64,000 bases of DNA from Chitinophagaceae bacterium (lineage in GTDB: Bacteria; Bacteroidota; Bacteroidia; Chitinophagales; Chitinophagaceae): the NCBI GenBank assembly GCA_019638625.1, contig JAHBTK010000001.1, positions 237,434 to 301,433 of the forward strand, given 5' to 3'. The number at the start of each line of letters is the position of its first letter. Position 1 is the first letter of the stretch. The notes under the pieces are model-generated. The model had not been told where the DNA came from. It was given only the letters and a program-made list of their open reading frames with translations, and did no database searches. The position numbers and the translations under genes are program-made. Below, in pieces: positions 24,852 through 33,814 of the stretch.

Positions 24852-25469
24852 ATGAAGCGGAGTCTCGGGAAAAAAATTTTAGCCCTGGCATTGTTGCTGG
24901 GTGTGTACAGCGGTGTGACAGCGCAGAAAGCGAAGTCAATTTTTAATGGGAAAGATTTAACGGGGTGGACCATCCATGGTACGGAAAAATGGTACGTGGA
25001 AAAAGGGGAGATGATATGCGAGAGCGGACCGGATAAAGCTTACGGGTATCTTTCTACCACTAAGGATTACCAGAACTTTGAGCTTACGCTCGAGTTTAAA
25101 CAGGAAGCGGAAGGTAACAGCGGTATTTTCTTCCGCTCTTCTATAGACGGCGTGAAAATAAGCGGATGGCAGGCGGAAGTGGCGCCTCCCGGTCATAATA
25201 CCGGTGGTATTTACGAGTCATACGGCAGGGGTTGGCTGATCAAACCTGATGCGGAGAAAGATAAAGCGTTGAAATACGGAGAATGGAATACTTACCGCTT
25301 ACGGGTAGTGGGCGATGAAGTGACCACCTGGGTAAACGGGGTGGAAATGATTCACCTCAAAGACGAAAAAGTAGGGCAGGGCAAAGGGTTCATAGCCCTT
25401 CAGATACATGACGGTGGCGGAATAAAAGTGAAATGGAAGAATATCAAGATAAAAGAACTAAAACCGTAA
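24852..25469 (+). CDS. DUF1080 (3-keto-disaccharide hydrolase-like) domain protein, secreted
   Basis: The 205-aa ORF has a signal peptide. Family-typical motifs are FNGKDLTGW, NSGIFFRS, YRLRVVGDEVTTWVNG and FIALQIHDGG. Confidence 0.88.
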   Translation: MKRSLGKKILALALLLGVYSGVTAQKAKSIFNGKDLTGWTIHGTEKWYVEKGEMICESGPDKAYGYLSTTKDYQNFELTLEFKQEAEGNSGIFFRSSIDGVKISGWQAEVAPPGHNTGGIYESYGRGWLIKPDAEKDKALKYGEWNTYRLRVVGDEVTTWVNGVEMIHLKDEKVGQGKGFIALQIHDGGGIKVKWKNIKIKELKP

Positions 25470-25485
25470 TGAAAAAAGAGAGTAT

Positions 25486-25515
25486 AAAAAAAGACAGTGC
25501 GAACTGTCTTTTTTT
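25486..25515. terminator. Bidirectional intrinsic terminator between convergent genes
   Basis: The structure is AAAAAAA-GACAGT-gcga-ACTGTC-TTTTTTT, so an A-tract and a T-tract flank the hairpin. Confidence 0.8.
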
Positions 25516-25524
25516 ATTACAAAT

Positions 25525-25809
25525 TTATCGGGGGTTACAATCTCCTAATTCCTCTAAAGCGCTTTCGTAGCCTTGACGGGCTTCGTCTGTGATAAACCCG
25601 GAGCAGCTCGCCTGAAGCACTTCTTCAAGCGCCTTTTTATAAGCAGTACATTTTTCAGCGGAAAATCCTTCCTCCTGGTTATATGCACTCTGAGCTTCCA
25701 TAAGTTTGGTAAGCGATACAGTACAATTCAGTGTGTCCTTGGTCTTTTTACAACTTGCAAATGCAACCAGCGTTGCACAAATAAACAAACCGGAAATAAT
25801 TTTTTTCAT
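25525..25809 (-). CDS. Small lipoprotein, function unknown
   Basis: The 94-aa ORF begins MKKIISGLFICATLVAFASC, which provides a lipobox. The mature part is helical and contains Cys residues. Confidence 0.7.
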   Translation of the reverse strand: MKKIISGLFICATLVAFASCKKTKDTLNCTVSLTKLMEAQSAYNQEEGFSAEKCTAYKKALEEVLQASCSGFITDEARQGYESALEELGDCNPR

Positions 25810-25937
25810 GGGATGATAAGTTTAAAAAATTTCTTTACAAACGCATGGTATATATTTTATATTGCCCCCGTGTCAACACTTTTGTCGTATAAATAAGTGT
25901 AAACCAATAGCAGAGAACGGCATTTTCTGTATTTTTA

Positions 25938-26552
25938 ATGACGATGTTGCAAACTTTCTACCAGGATAAATTGATGGAAGCGGGCTGCGATGAAGCGGGA
26001 AGAGGCTGCCTGGCCGGTGCTGTATTCGCGGCTGCGGTTATTCTGCCCGGTGATTTTTTTCACCCCCTGTTAAACGACTCCAAACAGGTGAAGGAAAGTC
26101 AGAGAAACGAATTACGAAAATATATAGAAGAAAAAGCTATTGCATATTCGGTAGCAAGTGTAGACAATAAAGTCATAGATGAGATCAATATTCTGAATGC
26201 TTCCTTCAATGCGATGCACCTGGCAATAGAGGGGTTGCCTCTTTCCCCGGAACTTCTGCTGATAGATGGTAATCGTTTCAGGACCTATAAGTCTGTTCCC
26301 CATCACTGCATTGTAAAAGGAGATTCAAAATTTGCTTCCATAGCGGCAGCCAGCATCCTGGCAAAGACTTACCGCGACGAATACATGCTGAACCTGGACA
26401 AATCATTTCCGCAGTATGAGTGGAGGAAAAATAAAGGCTATGGAACCATCGCTCACAGGAAGGCCATCAAAGAACATGGCTTATGTGAGTTGCACCGGAG
26501 GAGTTTTCAATGTTTACCGCCGCAGCTAAAACTGTGGGATACCGAAGCCTGA
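25938..26552 (+). CDS. rnhB: Ribonuclease HII
   Basis: The ORF contains [26 protein letters not shown] and [10 protein letters not shown]. This is the canonical RNase HII pattern. Confidence 0.95.
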   Translation: MTMLQTFYQDKLMEAGCDEAGRGCLAGAVFAAAVILPGDFFHPLLNDSKQVKESQRNELRKYIEEKAIAYSVASVDNKVIDEINILNASFNAMHLAIEGLPLSPELLLIDGNRFRTYKSVPHHCIVKGDSKFASIAAASILAKTYRDEYMLNLDKSFPQYEWRKNKGYGTIAHRKAIKEHGLCELHRRSFQCLPPQLKLWDTEA

Positions 26553-26555
26553 TCG

Positions 26556-27215
26556 CTACGAAAACAGGTAAGCGATCCACTGGCAAAGAAATCCCAGGAA
26601 AAATCCCCATGTTATTTCCTTAACTGAATGATCTGAAATAATAAGCCGGGCGCTGCAGATCAGTCCGGCTAAAAGCACAGCTATGACCAAAGGAAGATTG
26701 ACGACCTCAGCGGAGGTGAATAATATCACTACAAATATGCCCAGCATACCACCCGCGGCTGTCGCATGCATACTCACCTTGAAATAAATATTGGCAATGA
26801 AGGCTGCGATTACCGAAAGAAACAAACCCAGGCTCAATTGTGTAAGAATGGAAGGAACCCCGTCTTTGTTTTTAAATACATAAAAAGTCCAGAAGAAAAA
26901 GACCATTGTAATGGAATACAATATGATCCTTTCTTTCTGAGATTGCACGAAGAGTGACTGAATAAAACCAAGCGCTTTGCAGAGCAATACAGACAGCAGG
27001 GGAAAGAATACCGCGTTGACTATGAATATCAGCAGTGTTTGAGCCTTTCCCTGTTTGCTGACGCCGATAAAATAATCCGGGTGGACAAAAACCAGGTAGG
27101 CTGCGATATATACACCAATAAATAAAGGGTGAAATATAAAGGAGATCAACCTGGCGAAGAACCGGACCGGTACTGGTATTTTTTTTTCAACAGGGATGGC
27201 TACAGTTTCATTCAT
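26556..27215 (-). CDS. Multi-pass membrane protein, possibly PAP2-like, translationally coupled to rpoN
   Basis: The 219-aa ORF has about six TM helices. The weak PAP2-like remnants are SMHATAAGG and SARLIISDHSVKE. Its ATG (27215-27213) overlaps the rpoN stop as TAATG. Confidence 0.6.
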   Translation of the reverse strand: MNETVAIPVEKKIPVPVRFFARLISFIFHPLFIGVYIAAYLVFVHPDYFIGVSKQGKAQTLLIFIVNAVFFPLLSVLLCKALGFIQSLFVQSQKERIILYSITMVFFFWTFYVFKNKDGVPSILTQLSLGLFLSVIAAFIANIYFKVSMHATAAGGMLGIFVVILFTSAEVVNLPLVIAVLLAGLICSARLIISDHSVKEITWGFFLGFLCQWIAYLFS

Positions 27216-28690
27216 TATATCTGCTTTCTTAGCCGGGCAACGGGAATATTCAGTTGTTCCCGGTACTTGGCTACCGTACGACGTGCAATATTATATCCTT
27301 TTTGTTGTAATAACTCGGTAAGGCGTTCATCGCTTAAAGGTTTTCTCTTGCTCTCACTCTCTACCATATCGCTCAAAATTTTCTTTACCTCCCGTGTGGA
27401 CACTTCTTCACCGCTTTCCGTGCTCAGCGATTCGCTGAAAAAGAACTTCAGCCGGTAAGTGCCAAACTCTGTTTGTACAAATTTACTGTTGGCCACCCGG
27501 CTCACGGTAGAGATGTCCAGGTTGGTTATTTCTGCGATATCTTTCAGGATCATTGGTTTCAGCGTTGTTTCATCACCGGTAAGAAAAAAATCATGCTGGT
27601 ATTCCATGATGGCGTGCATGGTAGTGTATAAGGTGTTCTGGCGCTGTTTGATCGCATCGATAAACCATTTGGCGGCGTCTATTTTTTGTTTAATAAAAAG
27701 GACAGCTTCTTTTTGTCGTTTATCTTTTTTGCTCCCTTTTTCATAATCGCGCAGCATATCCCGGTATCCTTCGCTAACCCGTAAGTCAGGAGCATTTTTA
27801 GAGTTAAGGCTCAGTTCGAGTGTATTATTGTTGTTGTAAATGAAAAAGTCGGGGATGATATAACTCTCCGCTTTATTCATTTCACCGATGTTGCCACCGG
27901 GTTTGGGGTTTAATTTGATGATCTGGTTAATGGCGGTTTTCAGGTCCTCGTCAGAAAGATCCAGTCCTTTCTGTATTTTTTCATAGTGCTTTTTAGTAAA
28001 CTCATCAAAGTATTTTGAAAGGATCCTGATGGTAATATCCACATCCGCGCCTTCTTCCGCTTTCCTGTAAAGTTGCAGCAACAGGCACTCCCTGAGGTCC
28101 CGGGCGCATATTCCCGGCGGGTCGAATTTTTGTATCTGTTTCACCAGGGTAGCAATCTCTTCTTCCGTAGCGGAGACATTCTGCCTGAAAGCCAGGTCAT
28201 CTACGATGGCGGCAAAATCACGCCTCAGGTACCCGTCGTCATCAATGCTGCCTATGATATGTTCGGCGATTTTTTTCTCCCTTTCATTAAGCGAAAGCAT
28301 GTTCAACTGCTCCTGCAGTGTTTCATAAAAGCTGTCTTCCACGCGTACAGGCAGCGTTTTATTTTCATTCGTTTCGGGGTAGTTATCGTCTTTTAGTTTA
28401 TAATCTGCAATCTCGTCATCATTATCTATATATTCCGCGATGTCCAGATTGTCAGATTCATCGTCGCCGCCCTCCGGGTCAAATTCTTCATCGGCAGTTG
28501 CAAACTCGTCCGCCTGGTTTTCATGTTCTTCATACTCTTCTGAAGCTTCCAAAGCAGGGTTTTCTTCCATTTCCTCTTTGATGCGTTCTTCCAGGTTGGC
28601 AGTAGGTACCTGCAACAATTTCATCAACTGAATCTGTTGCGGCGACAGTTTCTGTAAAAGTTTTTGTTGTAAACTTTGAGAAAGTGCCAT
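27215..28690 (-). CDS. rpoN: RNA polymerase sigma-54 factor
   Basis: The 491-aa ORF has an N-terminal Gln-rich region (LQQKLLQKLSPQQIQLMKLLQ) and an acidic linker. The RpoN box ARRTVAKYREQL lies near the C-terminus. Confidence 0.96.
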   Translation of the reverse strand: MALSQSLQQKLLQKLSPQQIQLMKLLQVPTANLEERIKEEMEENPALEASEEYEEHENQADEFATADEEFDPEGGDDESDNLDIAEYIDNDDEIADYKLKDDNYPETNENKTLPVRVEDSFYETLQEQLNMLSLNEREKKIAEHIIGSIDDDGYLRRDFAAIVDDLAFRQNVSATEEEIATLVKQIQKFDPPGICARDLRECLLLQLYRKAEEGADVDITIRILSKYFDEFTKKHYEKIQKGLDLSDEDLKTAINQIIKLNPKPGGNIGEMNKAESYIIPDFFIYNNNNTLELSLNSKNAPDLRVSEGYRDMLRDYEKGSKKDKRQKEAVLFIKQKIDAAKWFIDAIKQRQNTLYTTMHAIMEYQHDFFLTGDETTLKPMILKDIAEITNLDISTVSRVANSKFVQTEFGTYRLKFFFSESLSTESGEEVSTREVKKILSDMVESESKRKPLSDERLTELLQQKGYNIARRTVAKYREQLNIPVARLRKQI

Positions 28691-28998
28691 GTAAAGTTAT
28701 ATATTATGTATTTTTATAATTTGAATATTTATCCCACAAAAATCAGGCCGTAAATGTATGAACAAAGTTCTTAAAGACATTTGCTTACCCGATAAATATT
28801 CCTATGTTAACATTTTATTGTAGGTTCTTTTTGAGCAACTGACTTATAATTAGCCAGTTACATCTTAAATTGCCAGGATTTTATTTTCGGGGCCTGCTTT
28901 TAAAAGGGGGTTAAACAAGGGAAAAGGTTTTTTGTTTACCTTCAATTTCCGGAATCGGGGATTCTGTTGGAATCATTTATTGTTTAAAACATGATATT

Positions 28999-29931
28999 AT
29001 GAAAAAACTTTTTTTTGCACCTTTTCTCCTCTTCTTCGGCTGCTATGTTGGTTATGCGCATCCGGTTTTCGACAACGGGTTGGAAGGTCGATGGGATATT
29101 ACCATCGATGTGGATGGGAAGCCTTCGCCTTCCTGGCTGGAGATATCCCATTCCGGCACCAAAACCTTTGTCGGTAGGTTTGTCGGCATCACAGGCAGCG
29201 CCCGGCCGGTATCCAGGATAAATGTGACCGATAATAAATTCGATTTTTCTATTCCTCCGCAATGGGAAGACGGGGATGGAGATTTTGTAATTGAAGGAGA
29301 ACGGAAAGGAGAAGTGCTGGAAGGTACCATCCTTACCAGCGAGGGAAAAAAGTATAACTGGAAGGGCCGCAGGGCGCCCTCGCTTATCAAACCGGGTACA
29401 CCGGTTTGGGGCAAGCCCATCAAGCTGTTCAATGGCAACAATTTAATCGGGTGGAAAGCTATGGGTAAAGACAATCAGTGGATAGCCGAAAACGGGGTGC
29501 TCAGGAGCCCTCAATCCGGGTCGAACCTGGTGACAGAGCAAAAATTCACTGATTTTAAACTGCATATTGAGTTCCGCTACCAGAAAGGCAGCAACAGCGG
29601 CATCTATCTGCGCGGCAGGCACGAGGTGCAGATACAGGATGATAAGGGAAAGGAGCCGTCCAATATTCTGTTTGGAGGTATTTACGGGTTTCTTACTCCC
29701 AGTGAGATGGCTGCAAAAGGGGCCGGGGAGTGGCAGACCTATGATATTACCCTGGTAGGCCGTAAGATAACCGTGGTGGCTAACGGCAAGACGGTAATAT
29801 GCGAGCAATTGATTCCGGGTATTACCGGGGGAGCGCTGGATAGCAATGAAGGCGAGCCTGGTCCGATATATCTGCAGGGAGACCATGGCCCCATTGAGTT
29901 TCGCAACATAATACTTACACCGGCTAAATAG
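28999..29931 (+). CDS. DUF1080 domain protein, secreted (longer, with an extra N-terminal domain)
   Basis: The 310-aa ORF has a signal peptide. Family-typical motifs are FNGNNLIGW, NSGIYLRGRHEVQI, ITLVGRKITVVANG, IYLQGDHGPIEFRNI. Confidence 0.88.
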   Translation: MKKLFFAPFLLFFGCYVGYAHPVFDNGLEGRWDITIDVDGKPSPSWLEISHSGTKTFVGRFVGITGSARPVSRINVTDNKFDFSIPPQWEDGDGDFVIEGERKGEVLEGTILTSEGKKYNWKGRRAPSLIKPGTPVWGKPIKLFNGNNLIGWKAMGKDNQWIAENGVLRSPQSGSNLVTEQKFTDFKLHIEFRYQKGSNSGIYLRGRHEVQIQDDKGKEPSNILFGGIYGFLTPSEMAAKGAGEWQTYDITLVGRKITVVANGKTVICEQLIPGITGGALDSNEGEPGPIYLQGDHGPIEFRNIILTPAK

Positions 29932-29947
29932 CGCCGGCATTACTAAA

Positions 29948-29980
29948 GGGATACAGTCTACCCGGTATGGACTGTATCCC
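29948..29980 (+). terminator. 11-bp stem hairpin after the DUF1080 gene
   Basis: The hairpin is GGGATACAGTC-tacccggtatg-GACTGTATCCC, starting 17 nt after the stop codon. No T-tract follows it. Confidence 0.5.
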
Positions 29981-30000
29981 TGCCGGAGGTTGCAGAAAAT

Positions 30001-30032
30001 AAAAAATCCATTCCGAAGAATCGGAACGGATT
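30001..30032 (-). terminator. Strong minus-strand intrinsic terminator with no annotated gene upstream
   Basis: The minus strand reads AATCCGTTCCGA-ttct-TCGGAATGGATT followed by TTTTTT. The stem is 12 bp with one G-U pair. Confidence 0.75.
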
Positions 30033-30684
30033 ACGTAGGTTTATGTTCCTAACCGTCCTAATGAAAATCCTCATACGAGTACATTTTAAAACTACAAGGT
30101 TTGGCGGCCCGAACACGTCCACTTTTTTTATTACGTCTGGTTTGTAACTGGTGGTAACGCGTTGAGTTCCGGATTAACTAATTCTGGGGTACAATAAACA
30201 ATCAACGGGTTGTTTTCCGGGCCTTTCACCCAAGCCTTTTCCACACACCTCACTGTAGTTTTTCAATGAACTCGTTTCAAAATATTCTTCTGAAAATCAT
30301 ATTCTGTTGTCTGTTGGTTAAAACCGGGACGAAAATATCTTACTGTACAATTTTTACAAACTGGTAAATATCAACAAGCTGTGGATAAAAAAACGATGAA
30401 ATAATTGTTCGGAATACTGTAAATATCCCGGAAAGTAAATTCTGTAAACCGGGCTTCTGTAATGCAGTGAGGATAAGGGTTTTGCTGTATGTGAACATAG
30501 ATACAACTTATTGTTTTTTGGGTGTTACCCTCATTGACCGGACTGAAAATTATTTTAAAGACTGAGCGCTTCACGTAGATTTACAGGCTGGGCAGTGAAA
30601 ATACGGTATTTCAATTTTTGCAATAAAAGCGGTTAACCCAAAAACTTTTTGCATTTTTGCAGATAAGGAATCAATAGCTATAGA

Positions 30685-31440
30685 ATGACTGATCGCATTT
30701 ATCAATCCATCGTTGCAAAGAAAAAAGCGGGAAGCAAATCATTTGGAGTGCTGATTGATCCTGATAAGGTAGATCCTTCTAAGATTGAGACCCTGGTGAA
30801 GCTGTCCACCGGCGCCGGGGTGGACTATCTGCTGGTGGGCGGAAGCCTGGTGATCAGCAACCACCTGGACGAGGTGGTGGTGCAGATTAAAAATCAATGC
30901 GATATTCCGGTCATACTGTTTCCGGGGACCCCTTCACAGGTAAGCAGTTATGCTGATGCTTTGTTATACCTGTCCCTGATCTCAGGCAGAAATGCCGAGT
31001 TGCTGATCGGGCAACATGTTATTTCGGCTCCTTTTGTAAAGAAAAGCGGGCTGGAGATAATGTCCACCGGCTACATGGTAATAGACGGCGGCGCTCCCAC
31101 AACGGTTTCCTATATAAGCAATGCCACTCCCATTCCTTCCAACAAAAATGAAATAGCCATGTGCACGGCCATGGCCGGGGAAATGCTGGGCATGAAGCTG
31201 ATCTATATGGATGCCGGCAGTGGCGCTGAGAAACCGATCCCCGAAGATATGATCAAAAGTGTTGCCGGGGTTATAGACGTCCCGCTGGTGGTGGGGGGCG
31301 GCATCTCCACTCCTGAAAAAGCATACCGCAACTGTAAAGCCGGGGCCGACCTGGTAATAGTGGGTAATGCCATTGAAAAAGACGCCGCCCTCATCCGGGA
31401 AATGAGCGCAGCCATTCACAGTGTACCCGTTGAGGCATGA
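30685..31440 (+). CDS. pcrB: Geranylgeranylglyceryl/heptaprenylglyceryl phosphate synthase family protein
   Basis: The 251-aa ORF contains LIDPDK, GVDYLLVGGS, ILFPG, GYMVIDGG, IYMDAGSGA, LVVGGGISTPEKA and ADLVIVGNAIE. These fit the PcrB/GGGP synthase TIM-barrel pattern. Confidence 0.88.
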   Translation: MTDRIYQSIVAKKKAGSKSFGVLIDPDKVDPSKIETLVKLSTGAGVDYLLVGGSLVISNHLDEVVVQIKNQCDIPVILFPGTPSQVSSYADALLYLSLISGRNAELLIGQHVISAPFVKKSGLEIMSTGYMVIDGGAPTTVSYISNATPIPSNKNEIAMCTAMAGEMLGMKLIYMDAGSGAEKPIPEDMIKSVAGVIDVPLVVGGGISTPEKAYRNCKAGADLVIVGNAIEKDAALIREMSAAIHSVPVEA

Positions 31441-31791
31441 TTTTTCCCTTTACCGGTCAAAATTTTGGTTAAAATACGGCAGCATTTGAAAAAATGTATT
31501 TTCTTTGCATCGTTAAAAGCTTTAATTCAAAGTATATCTTACTACAATGCAAAAAAATCATTCCACGGTGGTTGTTAAAGGGTTCGGGCAAACGAACGCT
31601 TTAAGTCGTGGGGTTTTTCCTGTTCCGCCTGGAGCGGTTTTTTTCTGTCGCCCGACTCCCTTCAGGGTGCGACGTTGATACATCCATCTCTCGTAGTCCT
31701 CTTTAATAAAGAACTATGCCCGGAGCAGTAACCGGGAAACTGTCGTTTAATCAGTATTATTTATGGTGTCTTATAAGCTGTAAAACACAAA

Positions 31792-32508
31792 ATGAAAACC
31801 CAGGATCAGTTTCAGGTAATGGTGGCAAATGAAAGTCACCTTGATTTTGCCCGGATTATTTGCGATGAAATGGCTTCGTCTGCCAAGGCCCGTGGCACAG
31901 GTATTGCTAAAAGAAGCCCCGAATACATTCAACAGAAGATGCGGGAAGGGAAAGCGGTGATAGCGTTTAACAGGGAAGGTGTGTGGGCAGGCTTTTGTTA
32001 TATAGAAACCTGGAGCCATGGACAATATGTAGCCAATTCCGGGTTGATAGTAGCGCCTGAGTTCAGGAAAGGCGGATTGGCGAGGGCGATCAAAAAAAAG
32101 ATATTTGATCTCAGCAGGAAGTTGTACCCGGAAGCAAAAATATTTGGACTGACAACCGGTCTGGCGGTGATGAAAATCAATTCCGAGCTGGGGTATGAGC
32201 CGGTTACTTATTCTGAACTGACACAGGATGAAGATTTTTGGGCAGGATGCAAAAATTGTGTGAATTATGAAATACTGATGAGCAAGGAACGGAAAAACTG
32301 TTTTTGTACCGCTATGTTGTATGATCCCAAAGATCACTATACCCCTGATGAAACCAGGGAGGATTTTCAGCAGCACTCAAAACTGTACGAGCGTTTCATG
32401 CGGATCAAAAAGTGGAAGCTGTTGCAGCCGTTTCTCAAAAAGGATAAAGAGGAAGTTTCAAAGAAGGGTAAATTGCAAAGCATTTTCAGCTTCTTCTATA
32501 ATTTTTAA
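31792..32508 (+). CDS. GNAT-family N-acyltransferase, first gene of the arg operon (probable N-acylglutamate synthase role)
   Basis: The 238-aa ORF has a GNAT core (GLIVAPEFRKGGLARAIKKKIFDL). It sits directly upstream of argG, as in other Bacteroidota arg clusters. The overlapping 31771..32376(-) ORF is rejected. Confidence 0.8.
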   Translation: MKTQDQFQVMVANESHLDFARIICDEMASSAKARGTGIAKRSPEYIQQKMREGKAVIAFNREGVWAGFCYIETWSHGQYVANSGLIVAPEFRKGGLARAIKKKIFDLSRKLYPEAKIFGLTTGLAVMKINSELGYEPVTYSELTQDEDFWAGCKNCVNYEILMSKERKNCFCTAMLYDPKDHYTPDETREDFQQHSKLYERFMRIKKWKLLQPFLKKDKEEVSKKGKLQSIFSFFYNF

Positions 32509-32542
32509 TACTATTGTTTCATCACCAAACTGAATATTTGTA

Positions 32543-33742
32543 ATGAAGAAAATTGTACTGGGATTTAGTGGAGGACTGGATACTACCTATTGCGTGAAAT
32601 ACCTGACAGAAGAAAAAGGTTATGAAGTACACTCCGTTATAGTAAATACAGGCGGTTTCTCAGAAGATGAACTGAAAAAAACAGAACAGCATGCTTACGA
32701 CCTAGGTGTGAAAACACATACCACGGTAAATGCCGAAAGGTCCTATTACGAGAGTATTATCAAATACCTCGTGTTTGGAAATATACTGAAAAACAATACC
32801 TATCCCTTAAGCGTAAGCGCGGAAAGGCTGAGCCAGGCTATACATATAGCAGAGCATGTAAAAAAGCTGAACGCGGAAGCGGTTGCGCATGGAAGCACCG
32901 GCGCCGGCAACGACCAGGTACGGTTTGATATGGTATTTCATATTATGATCCCCGGTGTGGAGATCATAACGCCTATCAGGGATATGAAGTTAAGCCGGGA
33001 GGCGGAAATAGCCTACCTGGAGAGCAAGGGTGTGAAAATGGATTTCAAAAAAGCCGTTTATTCTATTAATAAAGGTCTGTGGGGTACCAGTGTGGGTGGA
33101 AAAGAAACCCTTTCTTCAAAAGGGTGGTTGCCGGAGGAAGCCTGGCCTACACAGGTGACAGCCACCGGTAGCCGCGAAGTGAAATTACATTTTGACAAAG
33201 GAGAATTAAAGGGCGTTGATGATAAAGAATTTGACCATCCTGTAGAAGCGATCCAATACCTGCAATCCTTTGCAGGACCCTATGGGGTGGGGCGCGACAT
33301 CCACATCGGCGATACCATCATCGGTATTAAGGGCAGGGTAGGTTTTGAAGCAGCCGCGCCAATGGTGATACTCAAAGCGCATCACGCGCTGGAAAAACAT
33401 GTACTTACAAAATGGCAGTTGAACTGGAAGGACCAACTGGCGCAGTTTTATGGCAACTGGCTGCATGAGGGACAGATACTGGATCCTGTGATGCGGGATA
33501 TGGAGGCATTTTTGACCAGTTCCCAGCAAAATGTGACCGGCGATGTGTTCGTTCAGTTGTTCCCGCATCGTTTTCAGGTAATCGGCATTGAATCTCCTTT
33601 TGACCTGATGAACAGTCGTTTTGGAAAATACGGTGAAATGAACACCGGGTTTACAGGCGACGATGTAAGGGGATTCAGCAAAATATTCGGGAACCAGACG
33701 TCGATACACCAGTTGGTTACAAAAGATGCGGCTGCAGAGTAA
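32543..33742 (+). CDS. argG: Argininosuccinate synthase
   Basis: The ORF begins MKKIVLGFSGGLDTTYCVKYL and contains AHGSTGAGNDQVRF. Confidence 0.96.
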   Translation: MKKIVLGFSGGLDTTYCVKYLTEEKGYEVHSVIVNTGGFSEDELKKTEQHAYDLGVKTHTTVNAERSYYESIIKYLVFGNILKNNTYPLSVSAERLSQAIHIAEHVKKLNAEAVAHGSTGAGNDQVRFDMVFHIMIPGVEIITPIRDMKLSREAEIAYLESKGVKMDFKKAVYSINKGLWGTSVGGKETLSSKGWLPEEAWPTQVTATGSREVKLHFDKGELKGVDDKEFDHPVEAIQYLQSFAGPYGVGRDIHIGDTIIGIKGRVGFEAAAPMVILKAHHALEKHVLTKWQLNWKDQLAQFYGNWLHEGQILDPVMRDMEAFLTSSQQNVTGDVFVQLFPHRFQVIGIESPFDLMNSRFGKYGEMNTGFTGDDVRGFSKIFGNQTSIHQLVTKDAAAE

Positions 33743-33814
33743 TTATAAGGCCGAATAGTCGTTAAGGTACAGGCATTGTTTTAACTTTGCAGTGGAAAAA
33801 CAAGCAGGTTTGAA

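Noticed and set aside
31486-31536. Possible ArgR operators (ARG-box-like TTTGAAAAAATGTATT and TTTAATTCAAAGTATA) in the arg leader.
   Set aside because: - Only half-site-like resemblance to the TGAAT-N4-ATTCA consensus is present.
- The spacing, about 35 nt centre to centre, does not fit the usual paired boxes.
- I cannot support the call without a phylum-specific motif model.
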